Shown here piece after piece: positions 16,203 to 25,873 of a stretch of 60,520 nt of DNA. A model generated the notes under the pieces. The model was given only the letters and a program-made list of their open reading frames with translations. It searched no databases and was not told the DNA's origin. Both the position numbers and the translations under genes were made by a program. Source of the stretch: Bacteroidota bacterium (GTDB lineage: Bacteria; Bacteroidota; Bacteroidia; Chitinophagales; Saprospiraceae); the NCBI GenBank assembly GCA_011321935.1, contig DROJ01000138.1:1-60520 (forward strand), read 5' to 3'. Position 1 is the stretch's first letter; the number at the start of each line of letters is the position of its first letter.

Positions 16203-19200
16203 TCAGGATCATTCCTCCCTGATCGGTCAATATGGTTGTTGCCTGCCTGCTGCGTACCGAGCATGTAAACATCCTGGATGTTGACATGTGGCGGACGCGT
16301 CGCGATGAAATAAATGGCCTCGGCCACATCGCTCGCTTTCAGCGGCTGGAAATTGTCGTAAACCTGCGCCGCTTTTTCCTTGTCGCCATCGAAGCGCACC
16401 CGCGCAAATTCCGTTTCTTCGACATGGCCGGGTGCTACTTGGCTCACCCTGATATTGTGTTTATGGAGGTCGAGGCGCATGGATTGGGTAAGCGAATCAA
16501 CGGCGGCCTTGGTGGCGCAGTAAACATTGCCGCCGGGATAGACCTCTTTGCCAGCGCTCGAAGCGATGTTGATGATGTGCCCCCGTTTGCGCTCCACCAT
16601 GTGCGGGGCAATGGCGCGGGTCATGTATAGCAGGCCTTTTACATTGGTGTCTATCATGGTGTCCCAATCGTCGGGCTTGCCCTCGTGGATGGGCGAAAGC
16701 CCTTTGGACAGGCCGGCATTATTGATGAGGATGTCAATTTCTTTCCATTCTTCGGGAAGGTTTTCGATGGCTTTTTGGGTGGCCCCGGCCTCCCTCACAT
16801 CGAAAGAAAGGGAAAGGATGTCGGCCTTGTATTCGCTGGCGTATTTTTCCGAAATGGCCTGCAAACGCTCGTCCCTCCTGCCCGTGATGATGACCCGGTA
16901 GCCGTTTTTCGCAAATATCTCGGCGGTGGCTTTTCCGATGCCCGAAGTGGCGCCGGTTATCAAAACGGTTTTTGTCTCAACTGGCGCCGTTTCTGCTTCC
17001 TCCGCTGTCGGCTCTGCTGCGGCAATGGGGGCGTTGGCAGGGGCATCCCCTTCCAGATCTGCAGCCATTAATTTCTCCAGTTCAGGGTCGTTGAGGAGGT
17101 CGTTAAAAGCGGCTTCTTTTTCTGCAACCTCCTCTGTTTCATCGGCCCTTTGGGCCAAATTCAAACTTTCCAGTTCAGGGTGGTTGAGGAGGTCGTTAAT
17201 AGCAGTTTCTTTTTCTGCAATCTCCTCTGTTTCATCGGCCCTTTGGGCCAAATCCAAACTTTCCAGTTCTGGGTCATCCGCCGGAGAAGGGGCATCGGCT
17301 GTTGCTTCCGTTCCGGCAGTTTTTTCATGGTAGCCAAAGGCGAGGTCGTTCTGTTCCGTTTTCAGTTCGGGGTTGATCTCGATGGCTTTGGCATAATGCT
17401 CGGCGGCTTTTTCCTTTTCGCCCAATTGGTGGTAAACCAGTGCGAGGTCATAGTTTGCAAAGGGGTGGTTGGGCAGCAGGACGAGGGTTTTATGGTAGTG
17501 TTTCACCGATTTTTCCGGCTCGCCCATCCGTTCGTTGAGGAGGTTGGCGAGCATGTACTGGGCATCGGAGTTGAGGCTGTTTTGCCGGATGGCTTTCCTG
17601 AAATAAGCGGCCGTCTTTTTTTCTTCTCCCTGAAAATGTTCGGCCATCAGCAGGCCGAGGCGGTAGTACACTTCGGGGTATTCAGGTTGCAGCGCAGCCA
17701 CTTGCTCGAAGCATTTTTTAGCGCCCTCGAAGTCCTGCTGGTTTTCGGCCAGTTCGGCCATGAGGAACCAGGCGTCGGGGTGTTCGTTGTCAATTTTCAG
17801 CAGTGCCTCCAATTGCGTTTTTGCCCCGCCGTAATCGGTGGCGTAACGGGCGAGGGAGTAGGCAAGGTAGTACCGCAGGGTGGTGTCGCCGGGCTTGTTT
17901 TTTACGGCTTCGCCTAAATAATCAATGCCTGCTTGGGTCTGTTTGTTGCCGAACAAATTGACGGCATGTTCCAAGGTTTCTTCGGGGGTATCGCCTGTTT
18001 CGGGCGACAGCCCGGCCTCTTCTTCGTCCAGCAAATCCAAGATCACTTCATCCTCTCCGACTGGGATGCCGTCCAGGTTTTCAACTTCGGTTTCCGCTTT
18101 CGGGACGATGTTTTCATCTTCCTCAAAAAGCGAATCGAGGTCAAAATCATCCGGGTTGTCGGGGTCGTCGCCCACAAAGTGGAACTCCTCTTTTGCTTCG
18201 TAGCCTTCAATGCCTTCCTCTGCCAGCACCTCGTCGAGGATGGACATCAGTTCTTCGTTTTCGCCGTCTATTTTTTCCATTTCTTTTGGTGAAAATTCAA
18301 TATCCTGCTGTGTTTTGTCTTCCTGCACAGGGGCAGAATGGATGCCCTCGTCTTCCTCTGAGTTGTCGTTCATTACTTGCGCCAAAAGAGAGTCGTCCGA
18401 GGAGTTGACCAAGTCTTGTTTGTCGTTTTCGTCCAATAGATCCATGCCCGGGATGCCGCTCAAAATTTCATCGGTTATTTCTTCGTCCACTTCCAGTTCT
18501 TCCTCCAATTTTTTCAGGTCATAGGTCTGGTCAATTTCTGAATTTTCAGCGATCAGTTCGTCCGAAGAGTTTTCGATCATTTCGACCAAAGAATGCTCGC
18601 TGGCCGCAGGAGCGTTTTTTTCTTCATTTGAAATGGCAGCTTCCAAAATGGCTGCCCCTTCGGGGACGGTTTCCTTTTCTTCCCCGGCCGCATCTCTTTC
18701 TTCCCCGGCTGCTTCCATTTCATTTTCCTTTTTCAAACTTTCTTTGAATGCCTCCAGATCGCTAAAGCCTGCCCCTCTTAAAAAGCGCAAAAACTCTCCA
18801 ACATCTGCCGAAATTTCTTTGGTAATGGCAATCTGTTCTTCCAGTGCCTCGTCGTCTGGTCGGTTGCGTTTTTCTTTGCGCAGGGCGAGGTATTTGTCCT
18901 GCCAGTAATTCATGTACTGGATGATGTCGCCCACCCGGTCGAAGACAGTGGACACCTCTTTTTTCGTTCCGTCCTCGTTTGTTCCCACGCCATTGGCCAC
19001 CACCGTTGCCAATTGCCCGGCACCCTCCCATTTATGCGCAGCCTGCAGGATGCCGTTCATGCAGCCGCCCGATTTCAAAAAATTGTCGGTGACCAAAAGG
19101 ACAATGGAACTGCCTGCCGGGACATCCAAATTTCCGATCTGTTCGGCCATGTCTGCGTCCGATTTTTCTATGGTTGCCGCCTCGTCCCCTGAATGCCGGA

Positions 19201-19264
19201 TGGCCGTGGCCAAGTCAGTAGCGGCTTTCTTGTTTTCAGTATTGTAAAGAATTAAGTGTTGCAT
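16190..19264 (-). CDS. multidomain fusion: TIR/SEFIR-like N-domain (tentative), acidic linker, TPR region, acidic tandem repeat, C-terminal classical SDR (YdfG-like)
   Basis: 1024-aa ORF with ATG 19262-19264. The N-terminal ~130 aa have a TIR-like pattern (HLILYNTENKKAATDLA..., IVLLVTDNFLKSGGCMNGIL). Central TPR helices. The C-terminal 250 aa carry TGATSGIG and YCATK. Confidence 0.7.
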   Translation of the reverse strand: MQHLILYNTENKKAATDLATAIRHSGDEAATIEKSDADMAEQIGNLDVPAGSSIVLLVTDNFLKSGGCMNGILQAAHKWEGAGQLATVVANGVGTNEDGTKKEVSTVFDRVGDIIQYMNYWQDKYLALRKEKRNRPDDEALEEQIAITKEISADVGEFLRFLRGAGFSDLEAFKESLKKENEMEAAGEERDAAGEEKETVPEGAAILEAAISNEEKNAPAASEHSLVEMIENSSDELIAENSEIDQTYDLKKLEEELEVDEEITDEILSGIPGMDLLDENDKQDLVNSSDDSLLAQVMNDNSEEDEGIHSAPVQEDKTQQDIEFSPKEMEKIDGENEELMSILDEVLAEEGIEGYEAKEEFHFVGDDPDNPDDFDLDSLFEEDENIVPKAETEVENLDGIPVGEDEVILDLLDEEEAGLSPETGDTPEETLEHAVNLFGNKQTQAGIDYLGEAVKNKPGDTTLRYYLAYSLARYATDYGGAKTQLEALLKIDNEHPDAWFLMAELAENQQDFEGAKKCFEQVAALQPEYPEVYYRLGLLMAEHFQGEEKKTAAYFRKAIRQNSLNSDAQYMLANLLNERMGEPEKSVKHYHKTLVLLPNHPFANYDLALVYHQLGEKEKAAEHYAKAIEINPELKTEQNDLAFGYHEKTAGTEATADAPSPADDPELESLDLAQRADETEEIAEKETAINDLLNHPELESLNLAQRADETEEVAEKEAAFNDLLNDPELEKLMAADLEGDAPANAPIAAAEPTAEEAETAPVETKTVLITGATSGIGKATAEIFAKNGYRVIITGRRDERLQAISEKYASEYKADILSLSFDVREAGATQKAIENLPEEWKEIDILINNAGLSKGLSPIHEGKPDDWDTMIDTNVKGLLYMTRAIAPHMVERKRGHIINIASSAGKEVYPGGNVYCATKAAVDSLTQSMRLDLHKHNIRVSQVAPGHVEETEFARVRFDGDKEKAAQVYDNFQPLKASDVAEAIYFIATRPPHVNIQDVYMLGTQQAGNNHIDRSGRNDPEGWE
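17073..17282. repeat. 93-bp (31-codon) in-frame tandem repeat x2.3 inside the fusion CDS
   Basis: Encodes PELESL(D/N)LAQRADETEE(I/V)AEKE(T/A)A(I/F)NDLLN twice plus a partial third unit, between the TPR region and the SDR domain. Confidence 0.85.
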
Positions 19265-19290
19265 ATTTTATAGGTTTATCGGAAAATAAC

Positions 19291-19582
19291 CAGAGTTTGA
19301 AAAACCAGAGTTTGAGAGAGTGAGAGTTTGAGAGTTTGAGAACAGTATTAAGAAGGGACTTTTTGGTACTCGTTCGAGAGGCCAATTAGGGTTTGAGAGA
19401 GTTTGAGAGAGTTTGAGAGAGTTTGAGAATTTGAGAGCAGTAACGAGAAGGGACTTTTTGGTACTCGTTCGAGAGGTCTAAAAGTCCCTTCTCGCTACTG
19501 CTCTCAAACTCTCAAACTCTCAAACTCTCACTCTCTCAAACTCTCTCAAACTCTCTCAAACTCTCACTCTCTCAAACTCTGG
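19291..19582. repeat. ~290-bp hairpin element with GAGAGTTTGAGAG word arms
   Basis: Arms of (gagagtttgagag)n at 19291-19345 and 19391-19435 face (ctctcaaactctc)n at 19499-19582. There is an internal 31-nt direct repeat agaagggactttttggtactcgttcgagagg at 19351 and 19446. The 3' end of the TlpA-like CDS lies inside. Confidence 0.8.
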
Positions 19583-20904
19583 TCTCCCATCCCCTCCACA
19601 AAAGTATCGAACTCCTGCACAAAAGCTGCGTACTCGCTCGTTGCCGGGCCATAAAAACCGGTGTGGATGCGCAGGACTTTATTGTTTCTGTCCAAAAAAA
19701 TCATGGTGGGGTAGGAGAGGATGTGGTTGAGCATGGGCAGCGCTTTGACCGCTTCTTTTTTGTCGGAAGAACCGGCGAGCACCATTTCGTAAGGCATCTT
19801 GAATTTTTCTTTATAAGTGCGGATGAGGCGGTTGGCCTGCGCCCTGTCCTTGCGTTTTTCAAAAGCAAGCGCAATGACGGCCACCTTGTCCGTTTTGTTT
19901 TTATTAAAATAATCGACCAGGAATTTTGTTTCGTCGCGGCAATTGGGGCACCAAGTGCCGAGTATTTGGATGATCTTGGCCTTGCCCCGGTACTCCGGGT
20001 TGTCGAGCGAAATGACCTTGCCGTCGGGGTTTTCAAAAGAAAAACGGAGGGCATCGTAGCCGGGCAAAAGGTAGGTCAAAGAATCGGGGTCGGTCAGTGT
20101 GGCCTGTTCGTTCCGCTTGGCCGTCCAAGTGGTGACATAGTGTTTGCCGGAGTAAAATGCGCCCGTTAACTCATTGTCGTTCAGTATTTTACCTTCAAAA
20201 AGAAAGGCGTGTGCGCCGTCGAAAACAGAGAGCCAAAATTTGTCGGCCTGAACGGTTCCCTCCAAAAAGCGGTAGTCGCCCGTCTCGGTCATGAAGGTAC
20301 CCGTCAGCCTGTTGCCCTCCTGCTTGAAATCGCCGATGGCGGGGTAGGGATCGTTTTCTTTCAGCCCAAAAGTAGTTTCCCATTTTCCGCTCAGATCAGC
20401 GGCAGGTTTTTTCTTCAAAACAGTGAAGCGGTAAGGTTTTCGGTGCTTCGCAACAAAGGGGATCGTATAGTTTTCCCTGTTCTTCACCACCCATTCCCCC
20501 TCGATGACATTGCCTGCAAAATCGGCGATGATGTAAGAATCGAAAACCGGAAACTCGATGCGGATGGTATCCCTGACCCGTTGGCGGCTGTGGCCAAAGG
20601 AGATGTTTTCGCCCGGCACAAGTATGCGCTCCTCCCCGTTTATGATTTCGATGTGGAAGGTAGTGTCGTTGTCGTAGGTCACCTCAAAATTGAAGGGCAG
20701 TTCGCCCGGCGTCACATCGTCGTATTTCATGTTCACCTTGTCGGGCAGCGGCTTTGCTTTTGGGTTGGGGCTGATGAACTCCGGGTCTATTTTTAGCACT
20801 CCCCGCCAAATGCCCGGCGGCAGTTTGCTATATTGCTCGCCGACTTCGATGCAGCCGCCCGCAAGCAGGAGGGAAAGAAAAATGGAAAGAGGAAGTTTGC
20901 TCAT
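19564..20904 (-). CDS. lipoprotein with C-terminal TlpA/thioredoxin-like domain
   Basis: 446 aa. Lipobox LLLAGGC. WCPNC redox motif in ILGTWCPNCRDE. The last 8 codons (GDQSLRE*) are encoded by the word repeat. Confidence 0.8.
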   Translation of the reverse strand: MSKLPLSIFLSLLLAGGCIEVGEQYSKLPPGIWRGVLKIDPEFISPNPKAKPLPDKVNMKYDDVTPGELPFNFEVTYDNDTTFHIEIINGEERILVPGENISFGHSRQRVRDTIRIEFPVFDSYIIADFAGNVIEGEWVVKNRENYTIPFVAKHRKPYRFTVLKKKPAADLSGKWETTFGLKENDPYPAIGDFKQEGNRLTGTFMTETGDYRFLEGTVQADKFWLSVFDGAHAFLFEGKILNDNELTGAFYSGKHYVTTWTAKRNEQATLTDPDSLTYLLPGYDALRFSFENPDGKVISLDNPEYRGKAKIIQILGTWCPNCRDETKFLVDYFNKNKTDKVAVIALAFEKRKDRAQANRLIRTYKEKFKMPYEMVLAGSSDKKEAVKALPMLNHILSYPTMIFLDRNNKVLRIHTGFYGPATSEYAAFVQEFDTFVEGMGDQSLRE

Positions 20905-20928
20905 TGTGCCAGTTGGATGGTGATTAGT

Positions 20929-20994
20929 GGATTAGTGGATTAGTGATTAGTGGATCAGTTATCAGTGATTAGTGGATTAGTGATTAGTGATTAG
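20929..20994. repeat. GTGATTAG word tandem tract
   Basis: gtgattagtggattagtggattagtgattagtggatcagttatcagtgattagtggattagtgattagtgattag. Confidence 0.8.
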
Positions 20995-21057
20995 GCCACC
21001 AAAAAAAGTCTGTTGTTGGGGCGGCCCGACACATATGAAAATTTTAAAACCCAAAAG

Positions 21058-21165
21058 TAGTAAATCGGACGGAAGTCCGATAAGTAAATCGGACGGAAGT
21101 CCGATCCCACAAGCAAACCATCCGGGAGTCTGATCCCACAAGCAAACCAGCCGGAAGTCCGATAA
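21058..21165. repeat. two short tandem duplications (taaatcggacggaagtccgat x2; cccacaagcaaacc..ccgg.agtc.gat x2)
   Basis: Direct inspection. The element ends 3 bp from the stop codon at 21169. Confidence 0.7.
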
Positions 21166-21168
21166 AGA

Positions 21169-21711
21169 TCACCTCGTCCGTTCCCCCTGAAACTGCTGCT
21201 CCTTATATTTAAACAGCACATTAAAAGAAGTCAGGCTGCCATAAATGCGGGTAATATACTGCTGCAGGTTCACCTTTTCCTCGTCCGTCAATTTACTGCT
21301 GTTGATGCGTTGTTCCATTACCCGGAGGCGGTCGCGCACCATCACTATTTTATGGAAAAAAGTTTCGATGGGGATTTCTTTGGATTTCAGTCCCTCGTCG
21401 GCAGGTTTCAGGATCATGGTGCCGCCTGTCCATTTGTCGCCCAGGTGGATGGTTTCCAAAGGGTCAGACCATGCCCGCAGCACCTTTATCAATGATTTTT
21501 CCACTTCGTTAAAAGTGATGCCCTGCGGAGCGGCAATGGCTTCGATGACCTGCCATTTGTCATATTCCTTTCCGACCATTTTGATGCCGTAGGTCATGAA
21601 GCTGACCTCGTAGGCCACTTTGTGCAAACGGATGACCACGCCGTCGCCATAAGCGGGGTGCTTCACCCGTGATCCGATGCCTAAGATTTCTTTGTTGCTT
21701 GTATCGCTCAT
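21169..21711 (-). CDS. hypothetical protein
   Basis: 180-aa ORF with ATG 21709-21711. Non-repetitive composition and no competing ORF. No family recognised. Confidence 0.6.
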   Translation of the reverse strand: MSDTSNKEILGIGSRVKHPAYGDGVVIRLHKVAYEVSFMTYGIKMVGKEYDKWQVIEAIAAPQGITFNEVEKSLIKVLRAWSDPLETIHLGDKWTGGTMILKPADEGLKSKEIPIETFFHKIVMVRDRLRVMEQRINSSKLTDEEKVNLQQYITRIYGSLTSFNVLFKYKEQQFQGERTR

Positions 21712-21877
21712 ATCTAAATTTTTTTGAATGCAATGTTCGTAAATGTGAGGTGAAATAGCAAAAAAGAATTACGCTCCTTCGCTTTCATTGTTCCAAAATC
21801 ATTTCCGCAAATGGCCGAGAAATATACCTTTGCCGCTCAACTCAAAACTCCCCAACTCAAAACTCAAAACTCCACAG

Positions 21878-23380
21878 ATGTACGACACCATTATAATAGG
21901 CAGCGGTTTTGGTGGCTCGATGGCCGCTCACCAACTGGTAAATGCCGGAAAAAAAGTTTTGCTGATCGAGCGGGGCGGATGGGTGGCACGCGGCCCCGAA
22001 AACTGGACGATGCAAGGCTCGCTCGAACTGACGCCCAATTACGACAAAAGCACTCCCCTGAAAGTGATAAAAGGCGGCCACAAAAAAGTGATGGGGCTGT
22101 ACTCCTGCGTTGGCGGGCCATCGCTTTTTTATGGCGGCGTGTCCTTCCGTTTCCGCGAGCAGGATTTTGCCGAAGGCGAAAATAGTTGGCCGATAAATTA
22201 TGGCGACCTCGAACCATTTTATACAAAAGCAGAGCAGTTGTTGAGCATTTCGGGGGAGGCGGGCATTGACCCGACGGAGCCATTTCGGAGCAGGCCATTT
22301 CCACAAGGGCCGCCGCCGCTTGCCCTTATTTCACAAAAAATAAAAAGCGCTGCGCAGCAGATCGGAATGAATCCTTTCCAGTTGCCGCTCGCCATTAATT
22401 ACGAGGACAAAAGCCGCAACGTTTGTGAAAGCTGCACTACTTGCGACACCTTCGCCTGCGCCGTCGGCGCAAAAAACGACCTCGCGACAATGATCCTCCC
22501 GAAGCTGCTGGAACAGGGGATGGAACTGAAAACGGATACCGTCGTCAGGCAACTGAAAGCCGAAAACGGCAAAATAAGCGAAGTCCTTTGTTTTGATAAA
22601 AAAACGGGCAAAGAGCTGGTTTTCAGGGGCAAACACATTGTCCTTTCTGCGGGGTCACTGGGTTCACCGCATTTGCTATTGGCTTCTGGTTTCGATAAAC
22701 TGAACCCCGGCGGCAAGGTGGTCGGCCGCTATTTGATGCGGCATGTGAACGCCATTATTTTTGGCATCTTCCCCGGCGTGGCCGACAAGGAGGGGCGTTT
22801 TCATAAGCAGCTTGCCATTTTGGATTATTATTTTGGCCACCCAAACGCGAAGCTGAAAGGCAAGCTCGGCAGCCTGCAACAAGTGCCCACCCCGCCGATG
22901 GGATTGGTGCAAAACGAGGTGCCGGGGCCGCTCGGAAAATTGTTGAGCCAGGGGGTACGGCTGCTCACCGGGCTGCTCGCTATCGCCGAGGACGAGCCGC
23001 AGTTTTCCAACTCCCTCACCATTGACCCAAAACAAAAAGACAGGTACGGCCTGCCGCAGCCCGTCATCAGCCATGCCTATTCAAAACGGGATTTGGCGGC
23101 GCTGAAAGAATTGGTGAAACCCGCCAAAAAGGTTTTGTCGAAGGCGGGGGCGCTCACTCATTACGTGCATAATATCCGCACTTTTTCCCATGCGGTAGGT
23201 ACAGTGCGGATGGGCGATGACCCCAAAACTTCGGCGCTCGACAGCAACTGCCAATTCAGGGGAGTGGACAACCTTTTTGTGCTGGATGGGAGCTTTATGC
23301 CGACCTCCGCAGCGGTCAATCCGAGCTTGACGATAGCGGCGAACGCGCTGCGGGTGGGGGAGGTGATTGCTGGTATTTGA
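21878..23380 (+). CDS. GMC-family FAD oxidoreductase
   Basis: Trimmed to ATG 21878. YDTIIIGSGFGGS is the Rossmann FAD motif. It also has SAGSLGSPHLLL, and the C-terminal HAVGTVRMG...DGSFMPTS resembles the GMC C-terminal signature. Confidence 0.85.
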   Translation: MYDTIIIGSGFGGSMAAHQLVNAGKKVLLIERGGWVARGPENWTMQGSLELTPNYDKSTPLKVIKGGHKKVMGLYSCVGGPSLFYGGVSFRFREQDFAEGENSWPINYGDLEPFYTKAEQLLSISGEAGIDPTEPFRSRPFPQGPPPLALISQKIKSAAQQIGMNPFQLPLAINYEDKSRNVCESCTTCDTFACAVGAKNDLATMILPKLLEQGMELKTDTVVRQLKAENGKISEVLCFDKKTGKELVFRGKHIVLSAGSLGSPHLLLASGFDKLNPGGKVVGRYLMRHVNAIIFGIFPGVADKEGRFHKQLAILDYYFGHPNAKLKGKLGSLQQVPTPPMGLVQNEVPGPLGKLLSQGVRLLTGLLAIAEDEPQFSNSLTIDPKQKDRYGLPQPVISHAYSKRDLAALKELVKPAKKVLSKAGALTHYVHNIRTFSHAVGTVRMGDDPKTSALDSNCQFRGVDNLFVLDGSFMPTSAAVNPSLTIAANALRVGEVIAGI

Positions 23381-23389
23381 CGCCACTTA

Positions 23390-23585
23390 CTTGTTCCCGA
23401 TTTTCGGGACAGGCTATCTTGTAAAGACCTGTTCACGTTAGAACGGCGGCTGTACAAGGCTTCACTTTTTACGTGAACGGGTCTTTACAAGATAGCCTGT
23501 CCCGAAAATCGGGAACAAGGCGGCGTGCACTTCTTACGTGAACGGGTCTTTTCAAGATAGCCTGTCCCGAAAATCGGGAACAAGG
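23390..23585. repeat. 130-bp palindrome plus an extra half-copy (CTTGTTCCCGATTTTCGGGACAGGCTATC family)
   Basis: cttgttcccgattttcgggacaggctatcttgtaaagacctgttcacgt... is mirrored at 23470-23519, and a third arm follows at 23529-23585. A near-identical element lies at 42488-42612. Confidence 0.85.
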
Positions 23586-23630
23586 CGAGTGACAAAAAAA
23601 GTGGAGAGCAGCTATAACATTTTTCAAAAA

Positions 23631-24605
23631 ATGAATTTCAAAAAAATACAAAGCGGAGAGCCGGTCCACCTTGCCTTTTTGGGCTGCGGCGGCGTTACGG
23701 TCAAGCACAGCAAAACGTTGAAAGGTTTTAAAAATGTAAAATTGTATTACGCCAGCCGCTCTGCGGAAAAGGCCAATATTTTTAATAAAAAATGGAAAGG
23801 CGAGGGGGCTTTTGGGACTTACGAGGCGGCCATTTCATCGGAAAAAATAGACCTCGTGCTGATAGCCACGCCGCCCGACAGCCATTTGGAACTGGCGCTG
23901 AAAGCCATCCGGGCGGGCAAGCACGTCATCGTCGAGAAGCCGCCTTTTATGAAATCGGGCGACTTTGACTTGATCGCAGCGGAAAGGGAAAAGGCAGGCG
24001 TGCAGGTGATGGTGGCCGAAAATTATTTTTACAAACCCCTTTTAAAAAAACTGAAACAACTGCTCGCCACTGACCTGATCGGCGAAACCCGGTTCCTCTT
24101 TTTTAATTCCACAAAAAAACAAACGACGGGCGACTGGCGCGATACAACCAATGTGGCAGGCGGCGGCTCTCTCTTTGAAGGAGGCATACATTGGATCAAC
24201 TTCATTTCCAACCTCGGCCTGACCATCCATTCGCTGACCGGTTTCAGGCCTTTTCCAAACAGAAAAACGATAGAAAGAAGCATGCAAGTAGTGGCCAAAT
24301 ACGAAGAAGGCCCCGTTGCCACTTTGCTGTATTCTTGGGAGATCAAAGCCCTGCTGAACGGGCTGCGCATCTCGCGGATATACGGCACGCGCGGCTCGAT
24401 CACCTTCGAGTCCAACGGCGTTTTTATTTTTGTGAGAGGGAAAAAATGGAAGTTCATCTTCCCCGGTTTCGCCGACATCGGCGGCTCGAAAGGGATGTTC
24501 AAAGATTTTTTCAAAGCATTGCGCAGCGGAGAAGAACCGGCGTTCAATCTGGCAATGGCCAAAAGGGACCTGGAACTGGTGGAGGAGGCGTATTTAAATG
24601 GTTAA
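23631..24605 (+). CDS. Gfo/Idh/MocA-family NAD(P)-dependent oxidoreductase
   Basis: Trimmed to ATG 23631. VHLAFLGCGGV is the Rossmann start, followed by LVLIATPPDSHLELALKAIRAGKHVIVEKP (EKP motif). The stop (24603-24605) lies in the AATGGTTAA word repeat. Confidence 0.85.
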   Translation: MNFKKIQSGEPVHLAFLGCGGVTVKHSKTLKGFKNVKLYYASRSAEKANIFNKKWKGEGAFGTYEAAISSEKIDLVLIATPPDSHLELALKAIRAGKHVIVEKPPFMKSGDFDLIAAEREKAGVQVMVAENYFYKPLLKKLKQLLATDLIGETRFLFFNSTKKQTTGDWRDTTNVAGGGSLFEGGIHWINFISNLGLTIHSLTGFRPFPNRKTIERSMQVVAKYEEGPVATLLYSWEIKALLNGLRISRIYGTRGSITFESNGVFIFVRGKKWKFIFPGFADIGGSKGMFKDFFKALRSGEEPAFNLAMAKRDLELVEEAYLNG

Positions 24606-24710
24606 ATGGTTAAATGGTTAAATGGTTTTTCCAGCACGACGAGTACGCATCGTGCGGGAAAAACCATTTAAACCATTCAACCATTTAGCCATTTAGCCAT
24701 TCAAACCCAT
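24594..24710. repeat. hairpin with AATGGTTAAATGG word arms
   Basis: (ttaaatgg)n ... loop ccagcacgacgagtacgcatcgtgcggg ... (ccatttaa/ccatttag)n. Same family and a related loop at 56466-56669. Confidence 0.85.
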
Positions 24711-24762
24711 TCATTACCTTTGCGCCCCAAAAACGGGAAAACATACAAACAGCACTAAAAAG

Positions 24763-25602
24763 ATGAACATGCAAATATTGATTGCTTTACTTACCGGCCT
24801 CTTTGCAGGCCTTCACACATCAACTTGGGGGATGTACAAAGACTCTCCGCACGAGGGTTTTGAATGGGGGAAATATTACCGGAGTACCATCGCTGCGGTA
24901 TTGTTTGCACCGCTGGTCTGGTACATAACAGGGCTTGATCTGACCACTCCGAGCGGGGTCTTTTTGTTGTTCGGCTCGATCTACGTGGCCGAGCGGGGAC
25001 TGATGGAAATCTGGAAAACATTTTTGCGGACCGAAGACCAATCCAAGTACTTCATCCCCATGCAGTTGCACGTATTGGGGCGGGTAGTGGAGAGCAAGCG
25101 CGACCGCTATATTGCGGCCTTCTTTTATGTGGGCGGCATCATTTTGATCGGTTGGGGACTGGTCATGTTGTGGGGGATGTACAAAGCGGGCGACCTGAAC
25201 TGGAGCCCATACCTCATCCTGATTTTGTTGAGCGTAGGCGGCTGGGTTTCGGCATTTGGAGGGGCATGGAAAGATGCGCCGATTGAGGGTTTTGAGACTT
25301 TTAAGTTTTTCCGAAGCCCTGCCGTTGCTTACTTCTGGGCATGGGTGGCCGCCAATCTGACCGATAATTTTGTGGTCATTACACTGTGCAGCCTCGGCTT
25401 TACCGTTGCCTGCATCGAGACTTATAAAACCTTCTTTTTCCCGAGCCGCCCGCGGGGCAAATTCCAGGGCAAGCCCATTTCGTTTCCTGAAATGTTGAAG
25501 CGGCGGCAGAACTTTATTCCAATTTTTGTGGCGGCGTGGGTCTTTGTGATAGTGGCCGGGGTGATGGCATTTTTGGGGCCGCATTCGGGGCTGATTAAAT
25601 GA
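24763..25602 (+). CDS. polytopic membrane protein of unknown family with an internally duplicated W.(M/A).KD.P.EGFE..K..RS motif
   Basis: 279 aa with about 8 hydrophobic segments. WGMYKDSPHEGFEWGKYYRS (N-terminal half) and GGAWKDAPIEGFETFKFFRS (C-terminal half). Confidence 0.7.
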   Translation: MNMQILIALLTGLFAGLHTSTWGMYKDSPHEGFEWGKYYRSTIAAVLFAPLVWYITGLDLTTPSGVFLLFGSIYVAERGLMEIWKTFLRTEDQSKYFIPMQLHVLGRVVESKRDRYIAAFFYVGGIILIGWGLVMLWGMYKAGDLNWSPYLILILLSVGGWVSAFGGAWKDAPIEGFETFKFFRSPAVAYFWAWVAANLTDNFVVITLCSLGFTVACIETYKTFFFPSRPRGKFQGKPISFPEMLKRRQNFIPIFVAAWVFVIVAGVMAFLGPHSGLIK

Positions 25603-25722
25603 AAATGAAAATAGCTTGCCCCGAAACCTCGGGGAAAATGAAAAACCCACCCACCGAAAATCAAAAACAGGCGTTTTTTTCATTTTCCCCGAGGTTTCGG
25701 GGCAAGCTATTTTCATTTTAAT
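25597..25722. repeat. 126-bp palindrome with GAAAATGAAAAT word arms
   Basis: aaatgaaaatgaaaatagcttgccccgaaacctcggggaaaatgaaaaa is mirrored by tttttcattttccccgaggtttcggggcaagctattttcatttt. It contains the stop at 25600-25602. Confidence 0.85.
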
Positions 25723-25754
25723 GATCCGAGGTGAATGCACAAAATGCTCACTCG

Positions 25755-25873
25755 ACTCCGCTGTTTTTTGTCATCCGCTTTAGCGGAACTGCGGCGTCAA
25801 GAGGGAAGCCATGAACGGCTGCACACACCAGACGTCACAGTTCCGCTAAAGCGGATGACAAAAAACAGCGGAG
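25755..25873. repeat. 119-bp hairpin element
   Basis: ctccgctgttttttgtcatccgctttagcggaactg (25755-25790) pairs with cagttccgctaaagcggatgacaaaaaacagcggag (25838-25873). Confidence 0.8.

Noticed and set aside
17150-18524. Plus-strand ORFs inside the 1024-aa fusion gene. Likewise 51723-52622 +, 52998-53765 + and 37264-38013 - inside the EEP, amidase and rarA genes
   Set aside because: They are antisense shadows of CDS that carry unambiguous catalytic motifs.
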